Made by a program: the position numbers and the translations under genes | DNA from: Cyclobacteriaceae bacterium | GTDB lineage: Bacteria; Bacteroidota; Bacteroidia; Cytophagales; Cyclobacteriaceae | Length of the DNA: 64,000 bases | Direction of reading: 5' to 3' | Assembly (NCBI GenBank): GCA_025808415.1 | Contig: CP075525.1 | Coordinates: 3,974,525 to 4,038,524, forward strand | The notes under the pieces: model-generated | What the model saw: only the letters and a program-made list of their open reading frames with translations | The model's database searches: none | What the model was told of the DNA's origin: nothing | Part shown: piece after piece, positions 1 to 10,322 of the stretch | How the letters are laid out: the number at the start of each line of letters is the position of its first letter | Position numbering within the stretch: position 1 is the stretch's first letter

Positions 1-1123
<1,123 letters not shown>

Positions 1124-1227
1124 TTATTAAGTAATGGTATTGAAAAGTTAATAATAGTTGGTCATGACTTTTTCCGCAATGACCATAGTCATGTTTTAGA
1201 TTCAGGACGGTAAGGTTACAGGTGTTT

Positions 1228-1269
1228 TAACTATAAGTCAAATTGATTATTTTTATAAACTTATAGTTA
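1228..1269. promoter_or_regulatory. Candidate OxyR (LysR-type) operator in the katG-oxyR divergent intergenic region
   Basis: Perfect 11-bp inverted repeat TAACTATAAGT (1228..1238) / ACTTATAGTTA (1259..1269) with a 20-bp spacer. It contains CTAT/ATAG elements of the kind found in OxyR sites and ends 7 nt upstream of the oxyR ATG. Confidence 0.4.
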
Positions 1270-1275
1270 TAATCT

Positions 1276-2211
1276 ATGACATTAACCCAACTGGAGTACA
1301 TCGTGGCCCTTGACACCTGGCGGCATTTTGTACTGGCCTCCGAAAAGTGTTTTGTAACCCAGCCCACCCTCAGTATGCAAATTCAAAAGCTGGAGGAAGA
1401 ACTGGAGGTAAAGATTTTCGATCGCACCAAGCAACCGGTTGTCCCTACCGAAATTGGCGTTGGTATTATCGCACAGGCGCGTATTGTACTGCGTGAGGCT
1501 GGGTTTATAAACCAACTGATAGCCGAACAAAAAAACACTATGGCCGGTGAACTTCGCATGGGCATTATTCCAACGCTTGCCCCCTACCTGTTGCCTCAGC
1601 TTTTCAAAAACATCAGCCAAAAATACCCACAGGTAAAACTTACTGTTAAAGAAACGATTACTGAAGATGTAGTGCACGATTTAAAACAAAACCGAATTGA
1701 CTGTGGAATTGTAGTAACACCATTAAACGACCATTCGGTAAATGAAGATGTTTTGTTTTATGAAGAGCTGTTTGTTTATGTTTCAAAAAGGAATGTACTG
1801 CACAATAAAAAGTACGTATTACCCTCTGAAATAGACCCTAACCAACTTTGGTTGTTGGAAGAAGGGCATTGTTTCCGGTCGCAGATTTTAAACTTATGCG
1901 AGCTGCGTAAGCATTCTGATTTTCACTTTAACTATGAAACCGGAAACATCGAAACCCTGAAAAGAATGGTGGACAACACCGATGGGATTACTATTTTACC
2001 CGAACTGGCCGTAATGGAATTCAATAAAGCTCAATTGAACCAGGTAAAAAGATTGAGAGAACCAAGTCCGGCACGCGAGGTAAGCCTGGTAACACATCGT
2101 GATCACTTGAAGACAAAACTACTTAAAACACTGAAAGAAGAGATTTTGGCCATTGTACCCAAGCCCATGCATAAATTGCAAAACAAGAAGGTTGTGGAGA
2201 TCAATTATTGA
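1276..2211 (+). CDS. oxyR: LysR-family hydrogen peroxide-responsive regulator OxyR
   Basis: N-terminal LysR HTH (LEYIVALDTWRHFVLASEKCFVTQPTLSMQIQKLEEEL). The redox Cys pair is in the canonical context, EEGHCFRSQILNLC (Cys-x8-Cys). The gene is divergent from katG. Confidence 0.85.
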   Translation: MTLTQLEYIVALDTWRHFVLASEKCFVTQPTLSMQIQKLEEELEVKIFDRTKQPVVPTEIGVGIIAQARIVLREAGFINQLIAEQKNTMAGELRMGIIPTLAPYLLPQLFKNISQKYPQVKLTVKETITEDVVHDLKQNRIDCGIVVTPLNDHSVNEDVLFYEELFVYVSKRNVLHNKKYVLPSEIDPNQLWLLEEGHCFRSQILNLCELRKHSDFHFNYETGNIETLKRMVDNTDGITILPELAVMEFNKAQLNQVKRLREPSPAREVSLVTHRDHLKTKLLKTLKEEILAIVPKPMHKLQNKKVVEINY

Positions 2212-2238
2212 TTGGTGGGCAGAACCCTAACCCAAAAT

Positions 2239-3018
2239 TTATTCATTACTATCCACAATATGTTGACTGATCACCCGGTACAACTCTGCGAGTTTTTCAT
2301 CTTGTTGTAAAAAGGCCATGTGCCTGTCGAGCGTTTCCAGGTCGCCACGTTTGGCCGGGCCGGTTTGAGCTTGTTCTGGTCCGATGGCAAGGCTCTTATT
2401 CAGCGCTTCAGCTATTAAGGGTTTCAGCCAATCGAAGTCGAGATCATTTTGGTCTGCCACTTGTTTAGAAATACGCAGCATGTGGTTGGTGAAGTTAGAA
2501 GCAAACACAGCCGCCACGTGTAAAGCCTTACGTTTGTCCGAATCAATACTGAATACCTGCCGGGAAATGGCATGCCCCATTTTTATCAAAATTTTCTCTA
2601 CTCCTTCTGATTCGCTTTCAATAAAAATCGGCAGATCATTAAAGTCAATTTTTCGGGTTTTACTAAACGTTTGTAAAGGGTAAAACACGCCAATGTCGGG
2701 TGTTGCGGCATAACCTAATTTGCTTAACGACTGGCTGCCTGACGTGTGGACCAAAATGGCATCATCGGGCAAAATAATTTCGCGCGCCACCTCTTCTATA
2801 GCATCATCGGAAACCGCGATAATAAACAACCGTGAATCACTGGTAGAGAAATCCAATGTAGCTTTAACCTCCGCTTCATAAAGCCTTTCCACCAGTGCAG
2901 CGGCATGGGAAGGATTTCTGCTGTATACTTCGCGCACGGAGTAACCGGCATTATCCAACGCGGGTGCCAGATGCCACGCTAAATTTCCTGATCCTGCAAA
3001 CGATACCGAACTGCTCAT
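2239..3018 (-). CDS. Rossmann-like / DUF2520 domain protein (ProC-like putative oxidoreductase)
   Basis: N-terminal GSGNLAWHL dinucleotide-binding loop. The C-terminal HVAAVFASNFTNHM ... QTGPAKRGD pattern is typical of the DUF2520 family. Confidence 0.65.
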   Translation of the reverse strand: MSSSVSFAGSGNLAWHLAPALDNAGYSVREVYSRNPSHAAALVERLYEAEVKATLDFSTSDSRLFIIAVSDDAIEEVAREIILPDDAILVHTSGSQSLSKLGYAATPDIGVFYPLQTFSKTRKIDFNDLPIFIESESEGVEKILIKMGHAISRQVFSIDSDKRKALHVAAVFASNFTNHMLRISKQVADQNDLDFDWLKPLIAEALNKSLAIGPEQAQTGPAKRGDLETLDRHMAFLQQDEKLAELYRVISQHIVDSNE

Positions 3019-3106
3019 CGCGATTAAAATTAGAGAAATAACTGATGTAAATCAGTAGCAACGTAGTAACTTATACAGTTATTTGTTCCATCAACCTTCG
3101 TGTATT

Positions 3107-4402
3107 ATGTATCCCAAAATTGTATCGGCCCGCGAAGCTGTAAAAGTAATTGAATCGGGCAATCGTGTTTTTGTGCATGGTAGTGCTGCTACTCCACAGT
3201 TCTTGTTAAAAGCATTGGCCAAACGCGCACATGAATTAAAACATGTTGAACTGGTGGCCGTGAGTACTCTGGGTGAACTGGAACTTGCCAAACCAGAGTA
3301 CGCTGAAAGTTTTTATATCAATTCCCTGTTTGTGTCAGAAAACATTCGGGGCGCCATTAATGATGGACGTGGAAATTACATTCCAATATTCCTAAGTGAG
3401 ATTTCGCGATTGTTTGAAAAGAATATCCTTCCGCTTGATGTAGCCCTTCTGCACATATCCCCTCCGGATAAACACGGATTGTGTTCTCTTGGAGTTTCGG
3501 TAGATGTTGCACGGGCAGCCGCCAAGCATGCCAAGCACATTATTGCCCAGGTAAACCCCAACATGCCGCGTACGCATGGTGATGGCTTTATTGATATTCA
3601 TCAGATACATACACTGGTAGAAACAGATGATAACCTGCCCGAGGTTAATTACGCAGCACAAATTACCGATTGTGACCGCACTATTGGAAAATATGTAGCC
3701 GAACTTGTGGAAGATCGTAGCACGCTGCAAATGGGTATTGGCGCAATCCCCGATGCGGTGCTGGAAAGCTTAACGCACTGTAAGGATTTAGGGGTGCATA
3801 CCGAAATGTTTTCGAATGGTGTGATTGACCTGATGAAGAAAGGTGTGATCACCAATAAGTACAAAAAGAAACACCGCGGCAAGACAGTAACTTCCTTTGC
3901 CATTGGCTCACGTGACCTGTATTCATTTGTAGATGACAATCCACAATTTGCTTTTCTGGAAGCTGAATATGTGAATGATGGTCGTATTATCCGCACCAAC
4001 CCCAAGGTAGTGGCTATTAACAGTGCTATTGAAATTGATATCACCGGGCAAGTGTGTGCTGATTCGATTGGTACCTACCAGTATTCCGGTGTTGGCGGGC
4101 AAATGGATTTTATACGGGGCGCTTCATTATCAGAAGGCGGCAAGCCCATTATCGCCATGGGCTCTGCTACCAAAAAAGGTGCTTCTAAGATTGTTCCGTA
4201 TTTAAAACAAGGTGCGGGTGTGGTAACCACGCGGGCACACATGCATTACGTAGTTACCGAATATGGCGTAGCGTATCTGTACGGCAAAAATTTACGTCAG
4301 CGAGCATATGAGTTAATGCACATTGCACACCCTGATAACCGTGAAGCCTTAGAGCAGGAAATTATCAAGCGGTTTGGAAGCAATGTGTACGCAGTGCAAT
4401 AA
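3107..4402 (+). CDS. Acetyl-CoA hydrolase/transferase family protein (4-hydroxybutyrate / succinyl-CoA:acetate CoA-transferase-like)
   Basis: Family-typical sequence throughout (GSAATPQFLL, LQMGIGAIPDAV, EMFSNG, INSAIEIDITGQV, GVGGQMDF). I prefer the ATG at 3107 (MYPKIV) over the TTG at 3083 given in the track. Confidence 0.85.
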   Translation: MYPKIVSAREAVKVIESGNRVFVHGSAATPQFLLKALAKRAHELKHVELVAVSTLGELELAKPEYAESFYINSLFVSENIRGAINDGRGNYIPIFLSEISRLFEKNILPLDVALLHISPPDKHGLCSLGVSVDVARAAAKHAKHIIAQVNPNMPRTHGDGFIDIHQIHTLVETDDNLPEVNYAAQITDCDRTIGKYVAELVEDRSTLQMGIGAIPDAVLESLTHCKDLGVHTEMFSNGVIDLMKKGVITNKYKKKHRGKTVTSFAIGSRDLYSFVDDNPQFAFLEAEYVNDGRIIRTNPKVVAINSAIEIDITGQVCADSIGTYQYSGVGGQMDFIRGASLSEGGKPIIAMGSATKKGASKIVPYLKQGAGVVTTRAHMHYVVTEYGVAYLYGKNLRQRAYELMHIAHPDNREALEQEIIKRFGSNVYAVQ

Positions 4403-5542
4403 TTAAACTTCTACTTTATAAACTTCCGCAAGTTTATCTACTGCGTAATCTATTTCTTCGTCCGTATTGTACTTGCTAAATGAGAAGCGTACGGCCGACC
4501 GTTTTGATTCCGGATATAATGCCGCTAAGACATGCGAGCCCGTGGTAGCACCACTTGAACAGGCACTTCCGCCCGATGCGGATATGCCCTGAAGGTCAAG
4601 GTTGAAAAGAAGCAAACCGCTATCATCGGTTTCCGGCAAGCTTACATTCAATACGGTATAGAGGCTTCGCTCAAGATTAGCAGAGTCGCCATTGAACATA
4701 ACACCCGGAATATTTTCCTTTAGCTTTTCAATCATATGTGATTTTAATGCGGTGATGTGCTTTACATGCTCATCCATTTCGCGATAGGCTATCTCCAGTG
4801 CTTTTGCCAACCCGATAATACCGTAAACATTTTCCGTTCCGCCACGCATGTTACGCTCTTGTGCTCCACCATGAATGAAGGAATGAATTTTCTTGTCCTT
4901 ACGGATGTACATGAAGCCCGCACCTTTGGGGCCGTGGAACTTATGTGCACCGGCTGTCATGCCGCACACCTTCAACGAGCGCATGTCGTGGCGATAATGC
5001 CCAATTGTTTGTACGGTATCGGAATGAAAAAATGCTCCGTTTGCTTCGCATAACTCACCAACACGGTTAATGTCCAACAGGTTTCCGATTTCATTATTGG
5101 CGTGCATCAGTGAAACCATCGCGTTGGGATATTTTTTTAGTAACGCTTCAAGGTCGTTGAGGTCAACATGGCCTTTCTCTTCCAACTTAACCATGTGCAA
5201 CTGAGCCTTACCATGGTTGGTTAGGTTTTCAAGCGTATGGGTTACTGCGTGGTGTTCGATGGGGGACGAGATGATATGTCTGATGTTATACGTTTCCGCA
5301 GCGCATACCAAAATTGCATTGTCAGCCTCAGTGCCACCCGAAGTAAATATGATTTCACCCGGGGTACAATTCAACAACTCAGCAATCTTCTTTCTTGACG
5401 ACTCAATAGCCGCGCGCACCTTGCGCCCGTGGGCGTGTGTAGAGGATGGGTTACCGAAATCTTCAAGCATAAAAGGCTTCATGGCTTCAAAAACTTCGGG
5501 GTCGAGGGGCGTGGTGGCTGCGTTATCGAGGTAAATGCGCAT
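4403..5542 (-). CDS. Cysteine desulfurase (class V aminotransferase, IscS/NifS family)
   Basis: MRIYLDNAATTPLDPEV start, FTSGGTEADN, PLP-lysine region AHKFHGPKG, and the active-site loop SGGSACSSG. Confidence 0.85.
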   Translation of the reverse strand: MRIYLDNAATTPLDPEVFEAMKPFMLEDFGNPSSTHAHGRKVRAAIESSRKKIAELLNCTPGEIIFTSGGTEADNAILVCAAETYNIRHIISSPIEHHAVTHTLENLTNHGKAQLHMVKLEEKGHVDLNDLEALLKKYPNAMVSLMHANNEIGNLLDINRVGELCEANGAFFHSDTVQTIGHYRHDMRSLKVCGMTAGAHKFHGPKGAGFMYIRKDKKIHSFIHGGAQERNMRGGTENVYGIIGLAKALEIAYREMDEHVKHITALKSHMIEKLKENIPGVMFNGDSANLERSLYTVLNVSLPETDDSGLLLFNLDLQGISASGGSACSSGATTGSHVLAALYPESKRSAVRFSFSKYNTDEEIDYAVDKLAEVYKVEV

Positions 5543-5631
5543 GTTTCAAACGATTACGGGGCAAAAATAATGAAAATCACATTCAACCGGTCACTACCGG
5601 GTTGATGATAAAAATCAGCATCGCTCTAAGC

Positions 5632-7020
5632 TTATTTCCTGATCAAACTGCTGATGTCATCCATTATCCGCCTGGCCAGGGCATCAGCCTTTTTAGCATC
5701 CTGCGATTCCGCATAGATCCGGATAATTGGTTCCGTGTTTGATTTGCGCAAATGCACCCACTCTTTAGAGGACTCAAAATCTATCTTAACCCCATCAGCC
5801 GTGTTGATTTTTTCGTGTGCGTACTTCCTTTGCACAGCTTCCAAAACAGCATCTACATTTATACCCGGTGTGAGTTCAATTTTATTTTTGGAGATAAAAT
5901 AATCCGGATAGGTTTTTCGCAAGGCGGAAGCTTTCATCCCCGCCTTTGCCAGGTGTGTTAAAAATAAAGCTATGCCCATCAGTGCATCGCGGCCATAATG
6001 CAGCTCGGGAAAAATAACGCCACCATTTCCTTCACCGCCAATGATGGCCTTCGTTTCCTTCATTACATTTACCACGTTCACTTCACCCACCGAAGCAGCC
6101 GTATATATGCCTCCTGCTTTTTCGGTAACATCGCGTAACGCACGTGTTGAAGAAAGATTGGAAACCGTGTTCCCTTTTTTCTTTTTTAAAATATAATCGG
6201 CAACCGCCACCAGCGTGTATTCTTCACCAAAAGGTTTACCATCTTCCTGCACTAAAGCAAGCCGATCAACATCCGGATCAACCACAATGCCTAGATGGCA
6301 TTTATTTTTTTTAACAGCTGAGCAAATAGCCTTAATGTTTTCCGGTAGTGGTTCCGGATTGTGGGGAAACTTTCCGGTAGGTTCACAATACACTTCCACT
6401 ACTTTTTTCACACCCAGTCTTTTCAATAATGGGGGTACCGAAATTCCCCCGGTTGAATTAACGGCATCTACGGCAATCGTAAATTTTGCTTTTTTTATTG
6501 CCTTCACATCTACCCACTTACTTTTCAAAATCAAGTCGATGTGTTTTTTGATATACGAATCGTTGCGTGTGTACTTGCCGAGTTTGTTTACCTCAGCGAA
6601 AGAAAAGTTGTCGGCTTCTGCAAGACGCAATACAGCAGCGCCATCAGCTGCGGAAATAAACTCCCCTTTTTCATTGAGCAGCTTTAGGGCATTCCATTCG
6701 CCAGGGTTATGGCTGGCCGTAAGGATAATTCCTCCTCCGGCTTTTTCAAGCGGTACAGCAATTTCAACAGTAGGCGTAGTGGAAAGACCAAGATCAACAA
6801 CATCCAATCCCAATGCCTGAAGGGTTGAACTCACCAATGTGCTTACCATTTCACCTGAAATTCGGGCATCCCGCCCAATCACAACTTTTTTTCCCTTTCG
6901 GGAGATAACCCATGTGCCAAAAGCGGCCGCAAATTTTACAACATCAACAGGGGTAAGGTTGTCACCTGGCTTGCCACCAAGGGTACCACGGAAACCAGAA
7001 ATAGATTTGATCAGTGACAA
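5632..7020 (-). CDS. glmM: Phosphoglucosamine mutase / phosphohexomutase family
   Basis: Catalytic phosphoserine loop TASHNPGEWNALK, metal loop VDPDVDRL, sugar loop GGEGNGG. The length (462 aa) fits the family. Confidence 0.8.
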   Translation of the reverse strand: MSLIKSISGFRGTLGGKPGDNLTPVDVVKFAAAFGTWVISRKGKKVVIGRDARISGEMVSTLVSSTLQALGLDVVDLGLSTTPTVEIAVPLEKAGGGIILTASHNPGEWNALKLLNEKGEFISAADGAAVLRLAEADNFSFAEVNKLGKYTRNDSYIKKHIDLILKSKWVDVKAIKKAKFTIAVDAVNSTGGISVPPLLKRLGVKKVVEVYCEPTGKFPHNPEPLPENIKAICSAVKKNKCHLGIVVDPDVDRLALVQEDGKPFGEEYTLVAVADYILKKKKGNTVSNLSSTRALRDVTEKAGGIYTAASVGEVNVVNVMKETKAIIGGEGNGGVIFPELHYGRDALMGIALFLTHLAKAGMKASALRKTYPDYFISKNKIELTPGINVDAVLEAVQRKYAHEKINTADGVKIDFESSKEWVHLRKSNTEPIIRIYAESQDAKKADALARRIMDDISSLIRK

Positions 7021-7048
7021 AACTGGTTAGTTAAATTTATTAAAATTG

Positions 7049-7333
7049 TTAGTACACGTCATCATGGGTTCCAATATCTATCAAAAGAATGAGCTCTTTA
7101 CCTGCCTTGATTTCAATTGAAAAAATTATCCGGCAGTCGTATCCACATGAACACGTATAAAGGCCATGAAGTTTACCACTTAATTTATGTGACTTAAGAA
7201 TTGGAGTAAATACATCTGTCTCCATCAAACGAAGGGTAGCCGCTATATTTTCTTCAAGAACAGAATTCCCCTTTGCAAATTTTTTATATGATCGCTCAAA
7301 AGCTCTTGTAAGGACCAGCTTGCGAATAGGCAT
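7049..7333 (-). CDS. Type II toxin, RelE/YafQ/ParE-superfamily mRNA interferase
   Basis: 94 aa. The C-terminal pattern KSHKLSGKLHGLYTCSCGYDCRIIFSIE...LILLIDIGTHDDVY matches the YafQ/RelE fold signature. It lies 10 nt downstream of a small partner ORF. Confidence 0.7.
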   Translation of the reverse strand: MPIRKLVLTRAFERSYKKFAKGNSVLEENIAATLRLMETDVFTPILKSHKLSGKLHGLYTCSCGYDCRIIFSIEIKAGKELILLIDIGTHDDVY

Positions 7334-7343
7334 TCAATGGGAT

Positions 7344-7559
7344 TCAAAGGTTTTTCAATTTGTCAATAACATCCTCTGCTGTAGCCGGCTTTAATTTTCC
7401 TTTTGATAGGTCGGCTTTGGATTGGCGTGCATTTCTAAAAATTTCATCTCTTCTTTCCTCTATTTGCCTGCTTCTCAGTACCTCAAGTATTATCGCTCTG
7501 GATGAAAAATCAAGCTTCATAATAGAATCTAATACTTTATCAACTGTTAGCGCCTTCAT
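7344..7559 (-). CDS. Putative antitoxin (small addiction-module component)
   Basis: 71-aa helical, charged protein starting MKALTVDKVLDSIMKL at the ATG at 7559. It sits immediately upstream of the toxin. The 108-aa track ORF (to 7670) would overlap the neighbouring gene and is probably an over-extension. Confidence 0.5.
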   Translation of the reverse strand: MKALTVDKVLDSIMKLDFSSRAIILEVLRSRQIEERRDEIFRNARQSKADLSKGKLKPATAEDVIDKLKNL

Positions 7560-7578
7560 GACATGGCAAAAATAGTAA

Positions 7579-7812
7579 TTATTTCCTGACAGACGGGAGA
7601 TCGTTTGTTTTCGCATCAGGATTACCGCAGGCCTGATCGCTAGCCGTAAGGGTTTTTCCGCAGAATCCACAGGGTTGCCCTTCCTTGTTTAAAAACGGAC
7701 TCTGCGATGCGCATGTGCCCTTAAACTCTCCGTTTTTTAAAAAAATAAGCCGAACCGACATCAGGATGAAAAAAAGCCCCAGAACACCAATGGTCAGCAA
7801 AAGAACAATCAT
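7579..7812 (-). CDS. Small single-pass membrane protein with a 4-Cys tail (NqrM / FeoB-associated Cys-rich-like; function uncertain)
   Basis: An N-terminal TM helix (MIVLLLTIGVLGLFFILMSVRLIF) is followed by C-x13-C-x2-C-x10-C. Confidence 0.45.
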   Translation of the reverse strand: MIVLLLTIGVLGLFFILMSVRLIFLKNGEFKGTCASQSPFLNKEGQPCGFCGKTLTASDQACGNPDAKTNDLPSVRK

Positions 7813-7917
7813 AACTTGAATTAAGATTAAGATTTTAGATTGACGCTGTAAACGTAACTTGGGTCAAAATTACTGAACAGATTATCAACAGCCTAAAAAG
7901 CCATTTAGTTCTCGTAT

Positions 7918-8730
7918 ATGAAAAAACAACTTTCTACGCCCGATCCCAACCGTGAAGCCAAGGTAAAGGCATTTGATCGCCTGCTTACCATTATGGATGA
8001 GCTTCGGGAAAACTGTCCGTGGGATAAAAAACAAACATTGGAAAGCCTCCGTCATTTAACCATAGAAGAAACGTACGAACTCTCGGATTCCATTTTGGAT
8101 GGAAACCTGCCTGAAATAAAAAAAGAATTGGGTGATCTGATGTTGCACAATGTTTTTTATGCACGTATTGCTTCTGAAAAAGGTGTGTTTGATGTGGCCG
8201 ATGTGTTGAATAGTATTTGTGATAAGCTTATTGAACGCCATCCACATGTGTACGGTGATGTTGTGGCCAACGATGAAGAAACCGTAAAAGCCAACTGGGA
8301 AAAAATCAAACTCAACACCGGCAACAAATCCGTATTAGAGGGCGTGCCTAAATCGCTGCCGGCCATGGTGAAGGCTATTCGCATTCAGGATAAAGCCCGG
8401 GGTGTGGGTTTTGATTGGGAAAAGAAAGAACAGGTGTGGGAAAAGGTGGAGGAAGAAATGCGCGAATTCAAAATGGAGTTCAATGCAGTTGAGCCTGAAA
8501 AAATCGACCGTGAAAAAGCCACGGCCGAATTTGGCGACCTGCTTTTTTCATTGGTAAACTATGCGCGCTTTATCAACATCGACCCGGAGGAGGCCCTTGA
8601 ACGAACCAATAAAAAATTCATCAAACGATTTCAATTTTTAGAACGCGAATCGGCCAGGGATGGAAAGAAGCTGGGTGAAATGACGTTAGAAGAAATGGAT
8701 GTATATTGGGAACGGGCTAAATCAATTTAA
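7918..8730 (+). CDS. mazG: Nucleoside triphosphate pyrophosphohydrolase MazG
   Basis: Tandem MazG domains with EETYELSDSI and EEMREF / EFGDLLFSLVNYAR motifs, plus the CPWDKKQT N-terminal motif. Confidence 0.9.
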   Translation: MKKQLSTPDPNREAKVKAFDRLLTIMDELRENCPWDKKQTLESLRHLTIEETYELSDSILDGNLPEIKKELGDLMLHNVFYARIASEKGVFDVADVLNSICDKLIERHPHVYGDVVANDEETVKANWEKIKLNTGNKSVLEGVPKSLPAMVKAIRIQDKARGVGFDWEKKEQVWEKVEEEMREFKMEFNAVEPEKIDREKATAEFGDLLFSLVNYARFINIDPEEALERTNKKFIKRFQFLERESARDGKKLGEMTLEEMDVYWERAKSI

Positions 8731-8742
8731 TTACTTTCAACA

Positions 8743-9075
8743 ATGAAGCTGCTTTACATACATCTTATGCTCGGGCCGTTGATGGTCGTACTGTCGTATA
8801 TTTTCAAGCGTTTCCCGCCAAAGAAAATAAATCATATTTACGGTTACCGCACACCCCGGTCAATGCGCAGCCAGGAGGCTTGGGATTGTGCCAACCTTTA
8901 TTGTCCGCATGTATTCCTTATCGTTTCGATACTTACTTGTGTCGTTCAGTTGGTAACCTATTCACTTATGCCCGCTGCACAGTCTATAATGTGGTCATCC
9001 GGATTTTTAGTGGTGGGCCTGATCGCTGTAATTCCGCTTACCGAGGTGCATTTAAAGAAAAAAGGTTTCAACTAA
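8743..9075 (+). CDS. SdpI/YhfL-family membrane protein
   Basis: 110 aa with multiple TM segments and the N-x3-GYRTPRSMRSQEAW motif characteristic of the SdpI family. Confidence 0.55.
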   Translation: MKLLYIHLMLGPLMVVLSYIFKRFPPKKINHIYGYRTPRSMRSQEAWDCANLYCPHVFLIVSILTCVVQLVTYSLMPAAQSIMWSSGFLVVGLIAVIPLTEVHLKKKGFN

Positions 9076-9080
9076 GCGGC

Positions 9081-10322
9081 CTAGGTTTTCCACTTTCGGC
9101 TTAAACTCCATTTCATCAACGGTCCGCTGGTCATGCTGGTAACCAGTGCCATAATCACCAGCGACACAAATACTTTCTCATTAATCAAACTATTTTCAAG
9201 CGCAATCAGGCCAAGAATAATTTCCATCGCACCACGCGCATTCATACCAAAGCCGGCCGCCAGCGATTCTTTCCAGCCAAAGCCACCCAGTCGTGTACCC
9301 AATCCACTGCCGATAATTTTACCGGCAAAAGCTATAACTAAAATGACAATCGTTAGCAGCAGATCAAAGTTGGCAATGAAATTAACCCGAAGGCCTATTG
9401 AAACGAAAAACAAAGGCGCAAAAATATTATTGATAAACTGGTGTACAATTTCTTTTGCGCGTTCTGAAAAATGTTCTGAATCACCCAAGGCAATACCGAT
9501 GATAAACGCCCCGAAGATAGCGTGAATACCAATGTACTCGGTGAAGGCAGCGCCCATAAAACATAACGCCAACGATAAGGCTAAAACGCCCCCGGGCCAT
9601 GCCATTCGTTTATTGGCCCAAGGTAATACACGGTTGAGAACGCCACGCCCAATCGTGAGCATAAAAACAGCAAAGCCAACGGTTAGCAGAATGGTATTGA
9701 CCAACGAAATATCAACCTGCCGGCCTATCATACCCAGAATAACAGAGAAAATAAGCCAGCCTATTATATCATCTACCATGGCCGATGCCACCACCAACAA
9801 ACCAATTCGGGATTTAAACAAATTCAAATCCATGAGTATCCGCACAATAACCGGCAAAGCCGAAATGGCCATGGCCGTGCCCATAAATAAAGCAAACACT
9901 ATACGCTCGCCTTCATTGGCATAACCAAAAAAATCGGTCAGGAAATAGGGGAAAATAAACCCAATACCAAATGGAATCAAAAGACCCATGAGGCTGGTGA
10001 TAATGGCCTGTCTTCCCTGTTGCCACACAATTTTAAGGTCAACTTCAAGGCCGGCTATAAACAACAACATAACAACGGCCATCTGCACTATTCCTGCCAG
10101 CACAACGCCCGAGGAACTACCTACCGGAAACAAAACAAGAAACCAATCCGGTTTAAGCATGCCCAAAATAGTTGGTCCCAGTAATACTCCCGCAACGATC
10201 TCACCAATTACAGCCGGTTGCTTAAACTTTCTTGCCACTTCGGCAAAAAACCTGCCTGCAAATAACATCACACTTAATTGCAACAGTAGCTGGACCACCT
10301 CATGATGACTAATCTTACCCAT
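9081..10322 (-). CDS. Cation:proton antiporter (CPA2 / Kef-type Na+/H+ exchanger family)
   Basis: 413-aa polytopic protein. The N-terminal LLQLSVMLFAGRFFAEVARKFKQPAVIGEIVAGVLLGP is typical of the sodium/hydrogen exchanger family. Confidence 0.85.
   Translation of the reverse strand: MGKISHHEVVQLLLQLSVMLFAGRFFAEVARKFKQPAVIGEIVAGVLLGPTILGMLKPDWFLVLFPVGSSSGVVLAGIVQMAVVMLLFIAGLEVDLKIVWQQGRQAIITSLMGLLIPFGIGFIFPYFLTDFFGYANEGERIVFALFMGTAMAISALPVIVRILMDLNLFKSRIGLLVVASAMVDDIIGWLIFSVILGMIGRQVDISLVNTILLTVGFAVFMLTIGRGVLNRVLPWANKRMAWPGGVLALSLALCFMGAAFTEYIGIHAIFGAFIIGIALGDSEHFSERAKEIVHQFINNIFAPLFFVSIGLRVNFIANFDLLLTIVILVIAFAGKIIGSGLGTRLGGFGWKESLAAGFGMNARGAMEIILGLIALENSLINEKVFVSLVIMALVTSMTSGPLMKWSLSRKWKT

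Noticed and set aside
4400-4405. Convergent gene pairs with 0-2 nt between stops (4402/4403, 18860/18863, 41240/41241) and an 8-nt convergent overlap at 57427..57434 (across a GTTAAC palindrome).
   Set aside because: This is striking but consistent with the generally very compact genome seen here. I could identify no hairpin or shared element at these junctions. Only the 18860/18863 junction is used as supporting context for the R-M cassette.
7560-7670. N-terminal extensions in the ORF track. Examples: antitoxin to 7670, kinase from 12567, SurA to 43705, RlpA from 50995, TolC from 55866, PLP enzyme from 60219, CcmD to 31764, CoA-transferase from 3083, GlyRS from 14021.
   Set aside because: The extensions overlap upstream genes or precede obvious signal peptides or paralog-aligned N-termini. 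In each case an internal ATG gives a sensible start. I treat them as longest-ORF artefacts, not as real overlapping coding sequence.
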